From a virus (taxonomy: Duplodnaviria; Caudoviricetes): a stretch of DNA of 58,231 nucleotides. Location of the stretch: the IMG/VR virus record IMGVR_UViG_3300025759_000107, positions 1-58,231 of that record. One strand, written 5' to 3'. This document shows positions 43,695-51,312 of this stretch, one piece after another; within the stretch, counting starts at the first letter, position 1; each line of letters opens with the position of its first letter. Made by a program: the position numbers and the translations under genes. A model generated the notes under the pieces. It did no database searches and was not told where the DNA came from. It saw nothing but the letters and a program-made list of their open reading frames with translations.

Positions 43695-44228
43695 ATGGCT
43701 ATACATGAGGGCTTTGGTTCTGGTAAAGGTCTCGCGGCAGCCAATCCTCAACCCCCGAATGATATAGTCATGACACCGATAAAGATAGCACAGCAAACTA
43801 TCAGTTTCTATGACATACCTGCGGGTTCAACAATATTAGACCCATGTAGGGGCGAAGGAGCATTCTATGATAACTACCCTACTGGTTGTGAAAAGGATTG
43901 GTGTGAGATAGCAGAGGGACGTGATTTCTTAGATTATGAAGGACATGTTGACTGGATTATAACTAACCCACCATACAGTATCTTTGATGACTTCTTGAAC
44001 AAAGCATTAGATGTAAGTGATAACGTAGTATTCCTAGTGCCTTTGAGTAAAATGGTATCAAGTTTTAGACGCATAAGAAGTATCTTTGAATATGGTGGCA
44101 TAGTATCAATTGACTTAATCAGTGCAAGTAAATGTGGATTCCCTTTTGGTTTCCCTGCGTGTGCTTTCTACATGAAGAGAGGCTATGAAGGACAAACTTT
44201 GTTCACTGAATGGCGGGGCGAGAACTGA
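43695..44228 (+). CDS. DNA N6-adenine (or N4-cytosine) methyltransferase
   Basis: TP, ILDPCRGEGAF, DFL, ITNPPYS, FLVP. Confidence 0.88.
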   Translation: MAIHEGFGSGKGLAAANPQPPNDIVMTPIKIAQQTISFYDIPAGSTILDPCRGEGAFYDNYPTGCEKDWCEIAEGRDFLDYEGHVDWIITNPPYSIFDDFLNKALDVSDNVVFLVPLSKMVSSFRRIRSIFEYGGIVSIDLISASKCGFPFGFPACAFYMKRGYEGQTLFTEWRGEN

Positions 44229-44283
44229 ACAAATTGGCTCATAACCCAATGACCTTAAACCATACAAAGAGGTGAGAAATACG

Positions 44284-44451
44284 ATGAAGCGTTATGATAA
44301 TGATTCTGATATTGATGCAGCAATTGAGAAGTCTGGGAACAATTATTGCGAGTGGTGTGAGCGGGATGTTGAACTCAAAGAAGTAAAGACAAGACGATTC
44401 TTTGGCCGCACCATTTACAAGTGTATCGAGTGCCTCGCCATATTGAGATAG
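44284..44451 (+). CDS. Zinc-ribbon microprotein
   Basis: 55 aa, CEWC...CIEC, GAGGTGA SD, abuts the next ATG; missing from the ORF track. Confidence 0.6.
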   Translation: MKRYDNDSDIDAAIEKSGNNYCEWCERDVELKEVKTRRFFGRTIYKCIECLAILR

Positions 44452-45396
44452 ATGGTAGAACAGTATCAGACCCGTTGGGTAAGAGGCAAAGCAGATGGTA
44501 ATGGCGTACGTGAGTGTGCCGATAGATATGAGATAATTAAGTCGATAGCGAAACAATTCAATCGACCATTTACAGTTTTAGACATCGGTGCTAATCTTGG
44601 ATATTTCTCTTTCAGATTAATGGAAGATTTTGATAACTGCCACGCAGTGATGGTTGAAGGTCATCCTACGTACGCACGTCAGTTAACAGAGTTGGCTGGT
44701 ATCAACGGACAAGGAATTGTTCTAACAAAAAGTTTGACGCAAGGAGACTTGGGATTACTTGGTGATGTTGAGCACTTTGATTTAGTTCTAGCAATGTCAG
44801 TTGTTCATCATATCAATGGTGATGTGAACAGAACATGTCGCCTCATTGAGAACTTAGGTGATAACGTCATATTCGAGATGCCTACAGAGAACAATGCGTG
44901 TGGTCAGAGGCTAGTACAGTCTTGGGAGATAGGAGAGCACTGGGAGCGGCTTGGAGAAGGTAAATCACACCTTGATGGTGGCGTACGACCAATCTTCTTG
45001 TCGCAGCAATCTCGGACTCGTCTCGGTCAAAGATATATTGGATGTCCTAAACATTTGAAGCCGCGTCTCAAGATTATCTCGGATTGGGATAGTAAAGAAG
45101 TCATGTTCATGGATGATAAAGAGCCACGTCGAGAATGGCTACCGGGTATTAATTTGCATACGTGGAAATACTTTCAAGGAACGAAACCTGTTCCATTTTT
45201 GATACTAGATGATGTTCGGAAGGAGTTGGGAAGTCATGGTGATGTACGGCCTTGGAATGTTATCGTTTCTTCTAACGCTGCTACGTTAATTGACTACTCC
45301 GACCCTACGCATATACCTACTGAAACCGATGATGTTTCGTTTCAAAAATTGGAAAATTGGTTTGCTGGCGAAGCCCCGCACTGGGTAAATCTTTAA
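44452..45396 (+). CDS. WbdD-like SAM methyltransferase fused to kinase-like domain
   Basis: YQT...REC.DR...RPFTVLDIGANLGYFS, FDLVLAMSVVHH, then HGDVRPWNV...LIDYS kinase catalytic and metal-binding loops. Confidence 0.75.
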   Translation: MVEQYQTRWVRGKADGNGVRECADRYEIIKSIAKQFNRPFTVLDIGANLGYFSFRLMEDFDNCHAVMVEGHPTYARQLTELAGINGQGIVLTKSLTQGDLGLLGDVEHFDLVLAMSVVHHINGDVNRTCRLIENLGDNVIFEMPTENNACGQRLVQSWEIGEHWERLGEGKSHLDGGVRPIFLSQQSRTRLGQRYIGCPKHLKPRLKIISDWDSKEVMFMDDKEPRREWLPGINLHTWKYFQGTKPVPFLILDDVRKELGSHGDVRPWNVIVSSNAATLIDYSDPTHIPTETDDVSFQKLENWFAGEAPHWVNL

Positions 45397-45435
45397 CCGA
45401 AAACGTGAATTACCATAACGAAGTATTTCAGAGAT

Positions 45436-46017
45436 ATGTCAGAAGACAATTTTGATGAAGATGAGTGGGATGGAGAAACACTACCTGCTGATACTAGGGA
45501 GAACGAACATGACCCCCTAGTAAGGTGGACAGCACAATTACTGGTCCGAGGAATGAAGCCAAGTCAGATACGAAGAAAAGTGGCAGATGCCAGTTTGGAG
45601 AGGCGACTCGACCCCGATGAATGGAATCGCCTTATGTCCGATGCCGGAAAATTAGCGGAAAATATGCGAGAGATGGTTGTAATGAAAGCAGAGTTGGATG
45701 ATACGGACTGGCTTAGGTTGGATTCGTACGCAAGAAGAAGACGTTCTATGGAAAGAATGGAACGTCTAATCATCAAAGCAGAAGAACAAGCAGACACAGT
45801 TTCGAAGTTGGGGCAAGTGTCTTTCATGGTAGGTGGTCTAATCAAACAACAAGACGGACTAGACAAAATGTCTGGTGCTCAAGACGCAAAGCCGCAAGTC
45901 ATAGTTAACATTGGCTACGACCCATTGGAGCAGATGCGTGAGGTTCTACAAAAAGAGATTATTGACATAGAAAACAAAGCCGAAGACGATGACGATTTAG
46001 TCGATACTTCCGATTAA
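45436..46017 (+). CDS. Putative terminase small subunit
   Basis: 193 aa; HTH-like N-terminus (LLVRGMKPSQIRR), long helices, QVIVNI strand, acidic ends; last gene before phased repeats and the early region. Confidence 0.45.
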   Translation: MSEDNFDEDEWDGETLPADTRENEHDPLVRWTAQLLVRGMKPSQIRRKVADASLERRLDPDEWNRLMSDAGKLAENMREMVVMKAELDDTDWLRLDSYARRRRSMERMERLIIKAEEQADTVSKLGQVSFMVGGLIKQQDGLDKMSGAQDAKPQVIVNIGYDPLEQMREVLQKEIIDIENKAEDDDDLVDTSD

Positions 46018-46093
46018 AACTGCTCATTTACTCGATACTTAGCCGATACTTCTTACATTTGATGCACGTTTAGCCGATACTTAGTCGATACTT
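45997..46093. repeat. Five 11-bp repeats TTA(G/C)(T/C)CGATAC
   Basis: Copies at 45997, 46028, 46039, 46070, 46081 (spacings 31, 11, 31, 11). Confidence 0.85.
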
Positions 46094-46221
46094 TGCACAA
46101 TTTTTCCACATTTTCAATAAAGCATACGCTCCGCACTTTCGGCCATGTTGATGGGACGACGTTCTAGTATATGAATGTTTGCCTGTAGCATTCTCACTTT
46201 TTAGGCTCGCATTGTATAGAC

Positions 46222-46241
46222 GGGGTTAGTGATATGGGTTA
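46222..46241. repeat. 20-bp repeat GGGGTTAGTGATATGGGTTA, copy 1 (promoter cassette)
   Basis: Identical at 48172-48191 and 48953-48972, each followed by TTATAGTCTTTC. Confidence 0.9.
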
Positions 46242-46330
46242 ATTGCTTATAGTCTTTCGCCTATATACTTCTGACTTATATGATAATCAAACTATAGAAA
46301 ACTTTAATACCTAAGCCTTACCTCGTAGGG

Positions 46331-46414
46331 GGTGGGCGGGCGGCTTCAAGGGCCGCAACCGAACCCACGCGGGCGGTTCTCGCATCCAGCCCCGTTAACG
46401 AGATGAGATGCGGG
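46331..46414 (+). ncRNA. Candidate small GC-rich structured RNA
   Basis: TTTAATA at 46303 with no ORF downstream; nested stems GTGGG/CCCAC, CGG/CCG, GCGGC/GCCGC and CTCGCATC/GATGCGGG. Confidence 0.45.
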
Positions 46415-46492
46415 TTTATAATCTTTCGCTTATATCCTTTCAAGATATATACTACAAAACCTTTATATCAAAATCATTGGCTCAGATAAAAT

Positions 46493-46756
46493 ATGGAGAC
46501 AGGCAGCAATAACGCAACCTTTACAGTTGGGGCGACTTACATGACTCGTTCTATCTGTAATCATGACACAATAGTAACCGCCACAGTAACAAAGAGAACA
46601 AAGCACTTTGTAACTTTTGACACAGCACACGACAAAAACATCAAGAGAAAAATAAGGACTTCCCGGTATGGTGAAGGCGTTCCTTTATTCGCTGGTTTTT
46701 GGCTCAGTGCTGAATCTCAATTACCTTCTTGGGAAAGAGACTCAACCGACTACTGA
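46493..46756 (+). CDS. Early hypothetical protein
   Basis: 87 aa (FTVGATYMTRSICNHD...VTKRTKHFVT); CTTTATAT about 30 nt upstream; terminator downstream. Confidence 0.8.
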   Translation: METGSNNATFTVGATYMTRSICNHDTIVTATVTKRTKHFVTFDTAHDKNIKRKIRTSRYGEGVPLFAGFWLSAESQLPSWERDSTDY

Positions 46757-46766
46757 GGACTTAAAC

Positions 46767-46800
46767 GGCCTCGCTCTATATGGGCGAGGTCGCTTTTTTT
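46767..46800 (+). terminator. Hairpin + T-tract terminator
   Basis: GGCCTCGCTC-TATAT-GGGCGAGGTC-GC-T7. Confidence 0.75.
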
Positions 46801-46955
46801 ATTTCGCCGATGGCATAAAGTCGCCGTCCACCCCGTGTCTCTGACGGGCTGGGGGTATATAATCTTTTGCTTATATGATTCTAACTTTTATCAAGGTATA
46901 ACTATAGTAGTATTGATATAGTGATACCCGTTCCCCTAACTCGGAGAAGACGCAT

Positions 46956-47951
46956 ATGAGCCGAACACGAAAGCCAAAGACGACGACACAAGAACGAATG
47001 AATGAAATTGCTGACCAAGTAATTCAGACCATCAGCGAGGGTAATCTCCCTCAGTGGTCTAAGCCTTGGAACGGGCTTTTCAGTCCAACAAATGGACACA
47101 CTGGGAAAGGTTTCACCGGCCTCAATGTTTGGGCTTCAATTATCGCAATGAGCCGAAACAATTACTCAAGCCCTCTATTCGTAGCAGCAGGTCAAGCAAA
47201 GAAATTAATCGAAGAATACAACAAAGAAAACGGTACGGAATTAGTCGCATTTGTAAAAGGTGGAAAGGCGGACACATACCACTTTAGACCTATTCAATAC
47301 AAAGTAAAATCAAAAGACGAAGAAGAAGAATCAAGCCGCTTCTTAACTGGTTTCACTGGTTATGCTGTTTGGAATATCGAGAATACAAACATTCCGTCCG
47401 AGTGGGCTTTCAAAAGGCTCAACGTAGAAATCAACGACCCTGTAGAAGTTAGCGACCTAATATCTACCGTAGAATCAAACTTGAAGGGAGTTTCTTTCGC
47501 CACTGGCGGAGCAGCATATTATACACCTAGAACTGACGTAATCACTATGCCACCATTGACCGCATGGGAATCAGAGAATGACTACGCGGCTGTTTTACTT
47601 CACGAAGCAGCACACGCAACCGGCCACCCTCACAGACTAGCACGACCGCTTGAAGGAATTACCGCAAGAGGCTCAGACTATGCGACCGAGGAACTAATAG
47701 CGGAACTGGCTTCAATTGCTGCTTGTGGTGCTTTAGGCTATGAGGCTGACCTAACCCGTTCAAGTGCATACCTTAGCGGTTGGGCATCTCGTACACCACA
47801 AAAAGAAGCAAGGGCAGCAATCTTGAAAGCCCTTTCAAGGTCAATGGCGGCGGCTGAATGGGTCATCACTGGAGCACCCGACCGCCATGAAGGACCAACT
47901 TCTTCAAGCGAGTTGGCCGAGGGTGTACTTGACGGAATCACAACCGAATAA
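46956..47951 (+). CDS. ardC: ArdC-like antirestriction/ssDNA-binding protein with zincin domain
   Basis: PQWSKPW, PTN..TGK.FTGLN, VWNIE, AYYTP..D.I.MP, LLHEAAHATG, YATEELIAE, AYLSGW. Confidence 0.9.
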   Translation: MSRTRKPKTTTQERMNEIADQVIQTISEGNLPQWSKPWNGLFSPTNGHTGKGFTGLNVWASIIAMSRNNYSSPLFVAAGQAKKLIEEYNKENGTELVAFVKGGKADTYHFRPIQYKVKSKDEEEESSRFLTGFTGYAVWNIENTNIPSEWAFKRLNVEINDPVEVSDLISTVESNLKGVSFATGGAAYYTPRTDVITMPPLTAWESENDYAAVLLHEAAHATGHPHRLARPLEGITARGSDYATEELIAELASIAACGALGYEADLTRSSAYLSGWASRTPQKEARAAILKALSRSMAAAEWVITGAPDRHEGPTSSSELAEGVLDGITTE

Positions 47952-47974
47952 GTACGACCGTTGAAAATCGTAAA

Positions 47975-48003
47975 CCGCTCAAGGGCTTCGGCTCTTGGGC
48001 GGC
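47975..48003 (+). terminator. Stable hairpin after ardC
   Basis: CCGCTCAAGGGC-TTCG-GCTCTTGGGCGG; a second hairpin and T-tract follow at about 48103-48144. Confidence 0.65.
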
Positions 48004-48171
48004 CATATCTGAACGTATCAAATGCGAGCGTTTAGAGGGGTAATATAGGCCGTGTTTCATATAACTGGTACTCTGAGACCTCTGAACCTGAAAGGCGGCC
48101 TTAGAATGGCTCTATTGGGCCATTTTTGAAATCGCTCTTTTTTTGTCCGAACTGGTCCGCGTGGTCAAGTT

Positions 48172-48191
48172 GGGGTTAGTGATATGGGTTA
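48172..48191. repeat. 20-bp promoter-cassette repeat, copy 2
   Basis: Exact match to 46222-46241. Confidence 0.9.
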
Positions 48192-48295
48192 AGGGTTTAT
48201 AGTCTTTCTCTTACATGATTCTGTCATTATAGGGTAAACGACTTATAGATACCTTTAATACTGGGCATCCTTTCGGAAGGTCTGAGGTAGTTCAA

Positions 48296-48838
48296 ATGGA
48301 AACTGAAAATATCCGAAATGAAAGCACAAGAACGAACGAATTGGTCATAGACCGAGAGAGTGGCTCTGTAACCACATTAGGAGCATTTGCAGGGCTTGAA
48401 ACAGTCCTTCGTGCTTCAAGAGGGGTTCTCGGTGGAGACACCACAGTATCAGCCCGTGAAAATCTGGGTCAAGACTCTGTAACTGACGTTAGTTTTACAA
48501 TAACTGACAACCGAACCGGCGACACAAGAACCATTGAAGGTGACTTAATCGTAGGCTCTGACTACATCAGAAGCCAAACTATGGCGTTTCCGACATCGGT
48601 GGCTATGCTGCTTAGCGCGTCCCTTCTAGGTATGTTCAGAGGGACAGTACGAACCGCTGTATTAGACGCTATTCAGAGCGGCGTTGAAGGTGCATCTACT
48701 GAAGAAGTAGGCAACGCAATTATGAACGCAATAAACTTGAGTCCCGAAGCATTAGCAAACGGTCAAGAGGTACTTGCTGAAATGCGTCGCGTATCGGCTC
48801 GCACCGTAGCCGCTCCGGTTCGCTTCGACGAGAATTGA
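48296..48838 (+). CDS. Early hypothetical protein
   Basis: 180 aa; CCTTTAATA promoter and GAGGT SD. Confidence 0.75.
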   Translation: METENIRNESTRTNELVIDRESGSVTTLGAFAGLETVLRASRGVLGGDTTVSARENLGQDSVTDVSFTITDNRTGDTRTIEGDLIVGSDYIRSQTMAFPTSVAMLLSASLLGMFRGTVRTAVLDAIQSGVEGASTEEVGNAIMNAINLSPEALANGQEVLAEMRRVSARTVAAPVRFDEN

Positions 48839-48884
48839 ATTGAGTAGGCTTCGGCCTCTCTTTTCTTTTCTCTGAACGTCGTAA

Positions 48885-48923
48885 GGTCGCTGAGGGCTTA
48901 GGCTCTCAGTGGCCGCTTTTTTT
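48885..48923 (+). terminator. Hairpin + T-tract terminator
   Basis: GGTCGCTGAGGGC-TTAG-GCTCTCAGTGGCC-GC-T7. Confidence 0.75.
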
Positions 48924-48952
48924 ACTCAATGCCCCGGTCGGGTGGTCCACAT

Positions 48953-48972
48953 GGGGTTAGTGATATGGGTTA
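48953..48972. repeat. 20-bp promoter-cassette repeat, copy 3
   Basis: Exact match to 46222-46241. Confidence 0.9.
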
Positions 48973-49125
48973 GAGGTTTATAGTCTTTCGCTTTTATCAT
49001 ATTGAGACTATATGACCAATACCTTTATCAAAAAAATATGGTTTGATAAGGACACCCATCTCAATAAGTAAGAGAGTAAGTGGGACGGAAACGCCAAAGC
49101 GATAAACAAACAGGAGAGAGAAAAA

Positions 49126-49254
49126 ATGCAGAAATTGATTGAAAGCCTAAAAATAGAAATTGAACAGAGAACGCCACAAATAGTTGTATTAAGTTGTGAC
49201 TGCTTAGACGGTCAACATGACGGCTGTATAACGGTCATAGACGGAAACTATTGA
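49126..49254 (+). CDS. 42-aa microprotein
   Basis: MQKLIESLK...CDC...HDGC...; AGGAG upstream; hairpin downstream. Confidence 0.5.
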   Translation: MQKLIESLKIEIEQRTPQIVVLSCDCLDGQHDGCITVIDGNY

Positions 49255-49373
49255 GAAGGTTGGGGGATTTTCCCCCTTCCATCTCAACTGTATAATTTAC
49301 TCATTATAGAGAGTTTGAAGTATAGAACTATTGATATACTAATGCATGCTCCGGTAGACTGGAGATAACCGAA

Positions 49374-49478
49374 ATGAGCCTAATGAGATTAATTATGAGA
49401 AGCCGAGAATATTCCTGTTTTTGCTGTAATAGCAAGCATGAAACAAAGACCGAACTAATAGAACACATATGCAATTAA
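49374..49478 (+). CDS. 34-aa zinc-finger-like microprotein
   Basis: CFCC...LIEHIC; promoter TTGATATA...CTCCGGTAGA and GGAG upstream. Confidence 0.5.
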   Translation: MSLMRLIMRSREYSCFCCNSKHETKTELIEHICN

Positions 49479-49490
49479 GGAAGTGAAAAA

Positions 49491-49805
49491 ATGACATACA
49501 TTGAAGAAGAAATAAAAACAAAATACGAAGCCCGCAAGAATGAAACCGTACTCAAAGGAGAATTAGACTTTAACGTCAAAATCAAGTTAGACTTTCCAAC
49601 TCATGAGAAGTTAAAATATAGTAGTGACATCGAAGACCTAGCCGAACAATTTACCGACGCTATACAATCCGCTATTCAAAAAGAAGCCTTCTCGTTTCTT
49701 GACAGTTATGCTGTTGACGAATACGTATCACTATCAGACTTCAAACTTGAAGAAAGTTTCACGGACGCATTGAATGAAGCATTAAAGGGGGGTAGTGAAG
49801 AATGA
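49491..49805 (+). CDS. Acidic hypothetical protein
   Basis: 104 aa with SD-like AAGGAAGTG. Confidence 0.7.
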   Translation: MTYIEEEIKTKYEARKNETVLKGELDFNVKIKLDFPTHEKLKYSSDIEDLAEQFTDAIQSAIQKEAFSFLDSYAVDEYVSLSDFKLEESFTDALNEALKGGSEE

Positions 49806-49939
49806 AGCAATTCACATGTTCAATATGTGAGCATTCATTCTTTGCTTACCCGAATAACGCTCAACCTTTGAATGAAGGTGAATGTTGTGACTCATGTAAT
49901 ATTCAAGTCATCATGGCACGTCTTAACGGTGGTGCTTAG
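49802..49939 (+). CDS. 45-aa Cys-rich microprotein
   Basis: CSIC...NNAQP...CCDSCN..V..AR; ATGA-coupled. Confidence 0.6.
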   Translation: MKQFTCSICEHSFFAYPNNAQPLNEGECCDSCNIQVIMARLNGGA

Positions 49940-49940
49940 A

Positions 49941-50042
49941 ATGAAGGTTCAAGTTTTAATCATGTCCGAAGAGTTTGAATTGCTCAAGGAATGCGACTTG
50001 AATGAAGGCTTTCCGTCATGGTGGAAAGAAGGTCTCTGTTGA
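49941..50042 (+). CDS. 33-aa microprotein
   Basis: MKVQVLIMSEEF...WWKEGLC*, GGTGGTG upstream. Confidence 0.4.
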   Translation: MKVQVLIMSEEFELLKECDLNEGFPSWWKEGLC

Positions 50043-50113
50043 GAATTATACAACATATAGTTGTGATTAATATTACCTAGTTGTTATATAGGGGTATCTT
50101 CTCCGCTAGACTG

Positions 50114-50524
50114 ATGACAACCCAAGCACCAACCCTAACCGGAACAAAGCACGCACTAGATAGAGCCTCAATCAGACTGGTTGAAGGCGAGTTAAAACAG
50201 GCTATTGCAGTTAGCCAACGCGAATGGAATAACGCATATAACGCCGGTCATAGAGCCGTTGCTGTCGTAGCACTAGACCTAAGCCAACGCCGAATGACTG
50301 ACAACACTGGTTATGAATCGAATGGAGACATGGTAGTTTTAATCATAGTTCAAGGTCAAGTCAAGACCGCATACTTGAGAAGGTCAACCCAACCAATGAA
50401 TAAAGCATGGGTTCAAAGAATCGGTGCATCTCATCAAGGCGGACTTTCAAAAGTAAAATGGGCGCGAGGAACTGAGGCAGCCAAAGCAAGAAATACAAGA
50501 GCATACAAAAAAGGGAGAAGGTGA
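50114..50524 (+). CDS. Hypothetical protein, possible RelE/DUF4258-like fold
   Basis: TKHALDR...VVLII...VKTAY pattern; TTATATA...CTCCGCTAGA promoter sets the start at 50114. Confidence 0.6.
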   Translation: MTTQAPTLTGTKHALDRASIRLVEGELKQAIAVSQREWNNAYNAGHRAVAVVALDLSQRRMTDNTGYESNGDMVVLIIVQGQVKTAYLRRSTQPMNKAWVQRIGASHQGGLSKVKWARGTEAAKARNTRAYKKGRR

Positions 50525-50841
50525 AAACCTTCTTCCGATTCTTGTATGAATAGAGCCAATCTGAGAGGCTCTTTTCTTTAGCCAATGGTTCGGAGTCTAG
50601 TTATAGAAACAACGGCCTGTATGAGCCTCTAAATATAGAAATATAGGCAACTACTCCCTCTACTACTCCCCCTATACCCTACCCCTATAATTGATGACAG
50701 CCATTTTCAATTCTGAAATGCACCGCATACTGGTTTCGCTCGCTATGAGTCAATTTTTCTTATGAGCACTATATACTTCTTTTCTTACAAGAAAAGTCAA
50801 CTATAGAAACATTGATAAGGGGACACCCTGTCCCATCAAAC

Positions 50842-51291
50842 AGCCGAGTCGGACTCGGTGGCTAGAACATGGTAATACATGTGGACTAGCGGGAATGAAT
50901 GTGGAGAACCACGAATGCGTCAGTGTATTGCGGTAGTCGTGCGTCTCAACAGGGTCTTGGCAAGAACAGTCATGTAAAGCCCGCGAATGTTGAGGGAGAG
51001 TTCTATGGTTGAGGGAGAAATCCCCCTAAGACGCTCATCACATCTCTGAGGCCGAGTATAAGGTAAGGGGGTGTGTTATGAGAGACTGGTCCAGAAGCGT
51101 GAGAGAATGTAGGCATACATTAGGCTCATGTCGCAACCCACATTCACCCCACTAAATCGTGGGGGGTGTTCACTAGAGCGTAGGTAGTTCCATCTTTGAT
51201 AGTCGACTAGAACGACTTAGATAGGAGTCGTAAGAACCTCGCCGCCCATCTAGTAAATGTGAAGTAAGGAAGGTGCGATTGGCAGCGTACC
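50842..51291 (+). ncRNA. Candidate large (~450 nt) multi-stem non-coding RNA
   Basis: No ORF of 60 aa or more in 50586-51643; upstream CTATAGAAACATTGATAAGG promoter; at least 10 stems including long-range 50896-904/51138-46, with G-U pairs favouring the + strand. Confidence 0.7.
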
Positions 51292-51312
51292 CATGCCCCC
51301 CACCCCTACCCT

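Noticed and set aside
44239-44556. 105-aa hydrophobic minus-strand ORF
   Set aside because: Antisense to the zinc-ribbon microprotein (44284-44451) and the start of the WbdD-like gene, which fit the operon better
46331-46414. tRNA gene
   Set aside because: tRNA-sized and GC-rich, but no cloverleaf, no GTTCRA T-loop and no acceptor stem; no tRNA seen elsewhere in the window
46222-48972. 20-bp repeats as a CRISPR mini-array or telomeric (TTAGGG-like) repeats
   Set aside because: Copies are 0.8-2 kb apart with whole genes between them and are not tandem; better explained as promoter cassettes
50842-51291. RNase P RNA, SRP RNA or group II intron
   Set aside because: Could not find the GAGGAAAGTCC-type P4, SRP helix 8 or group II domain V motifs; the region interrupts no gene
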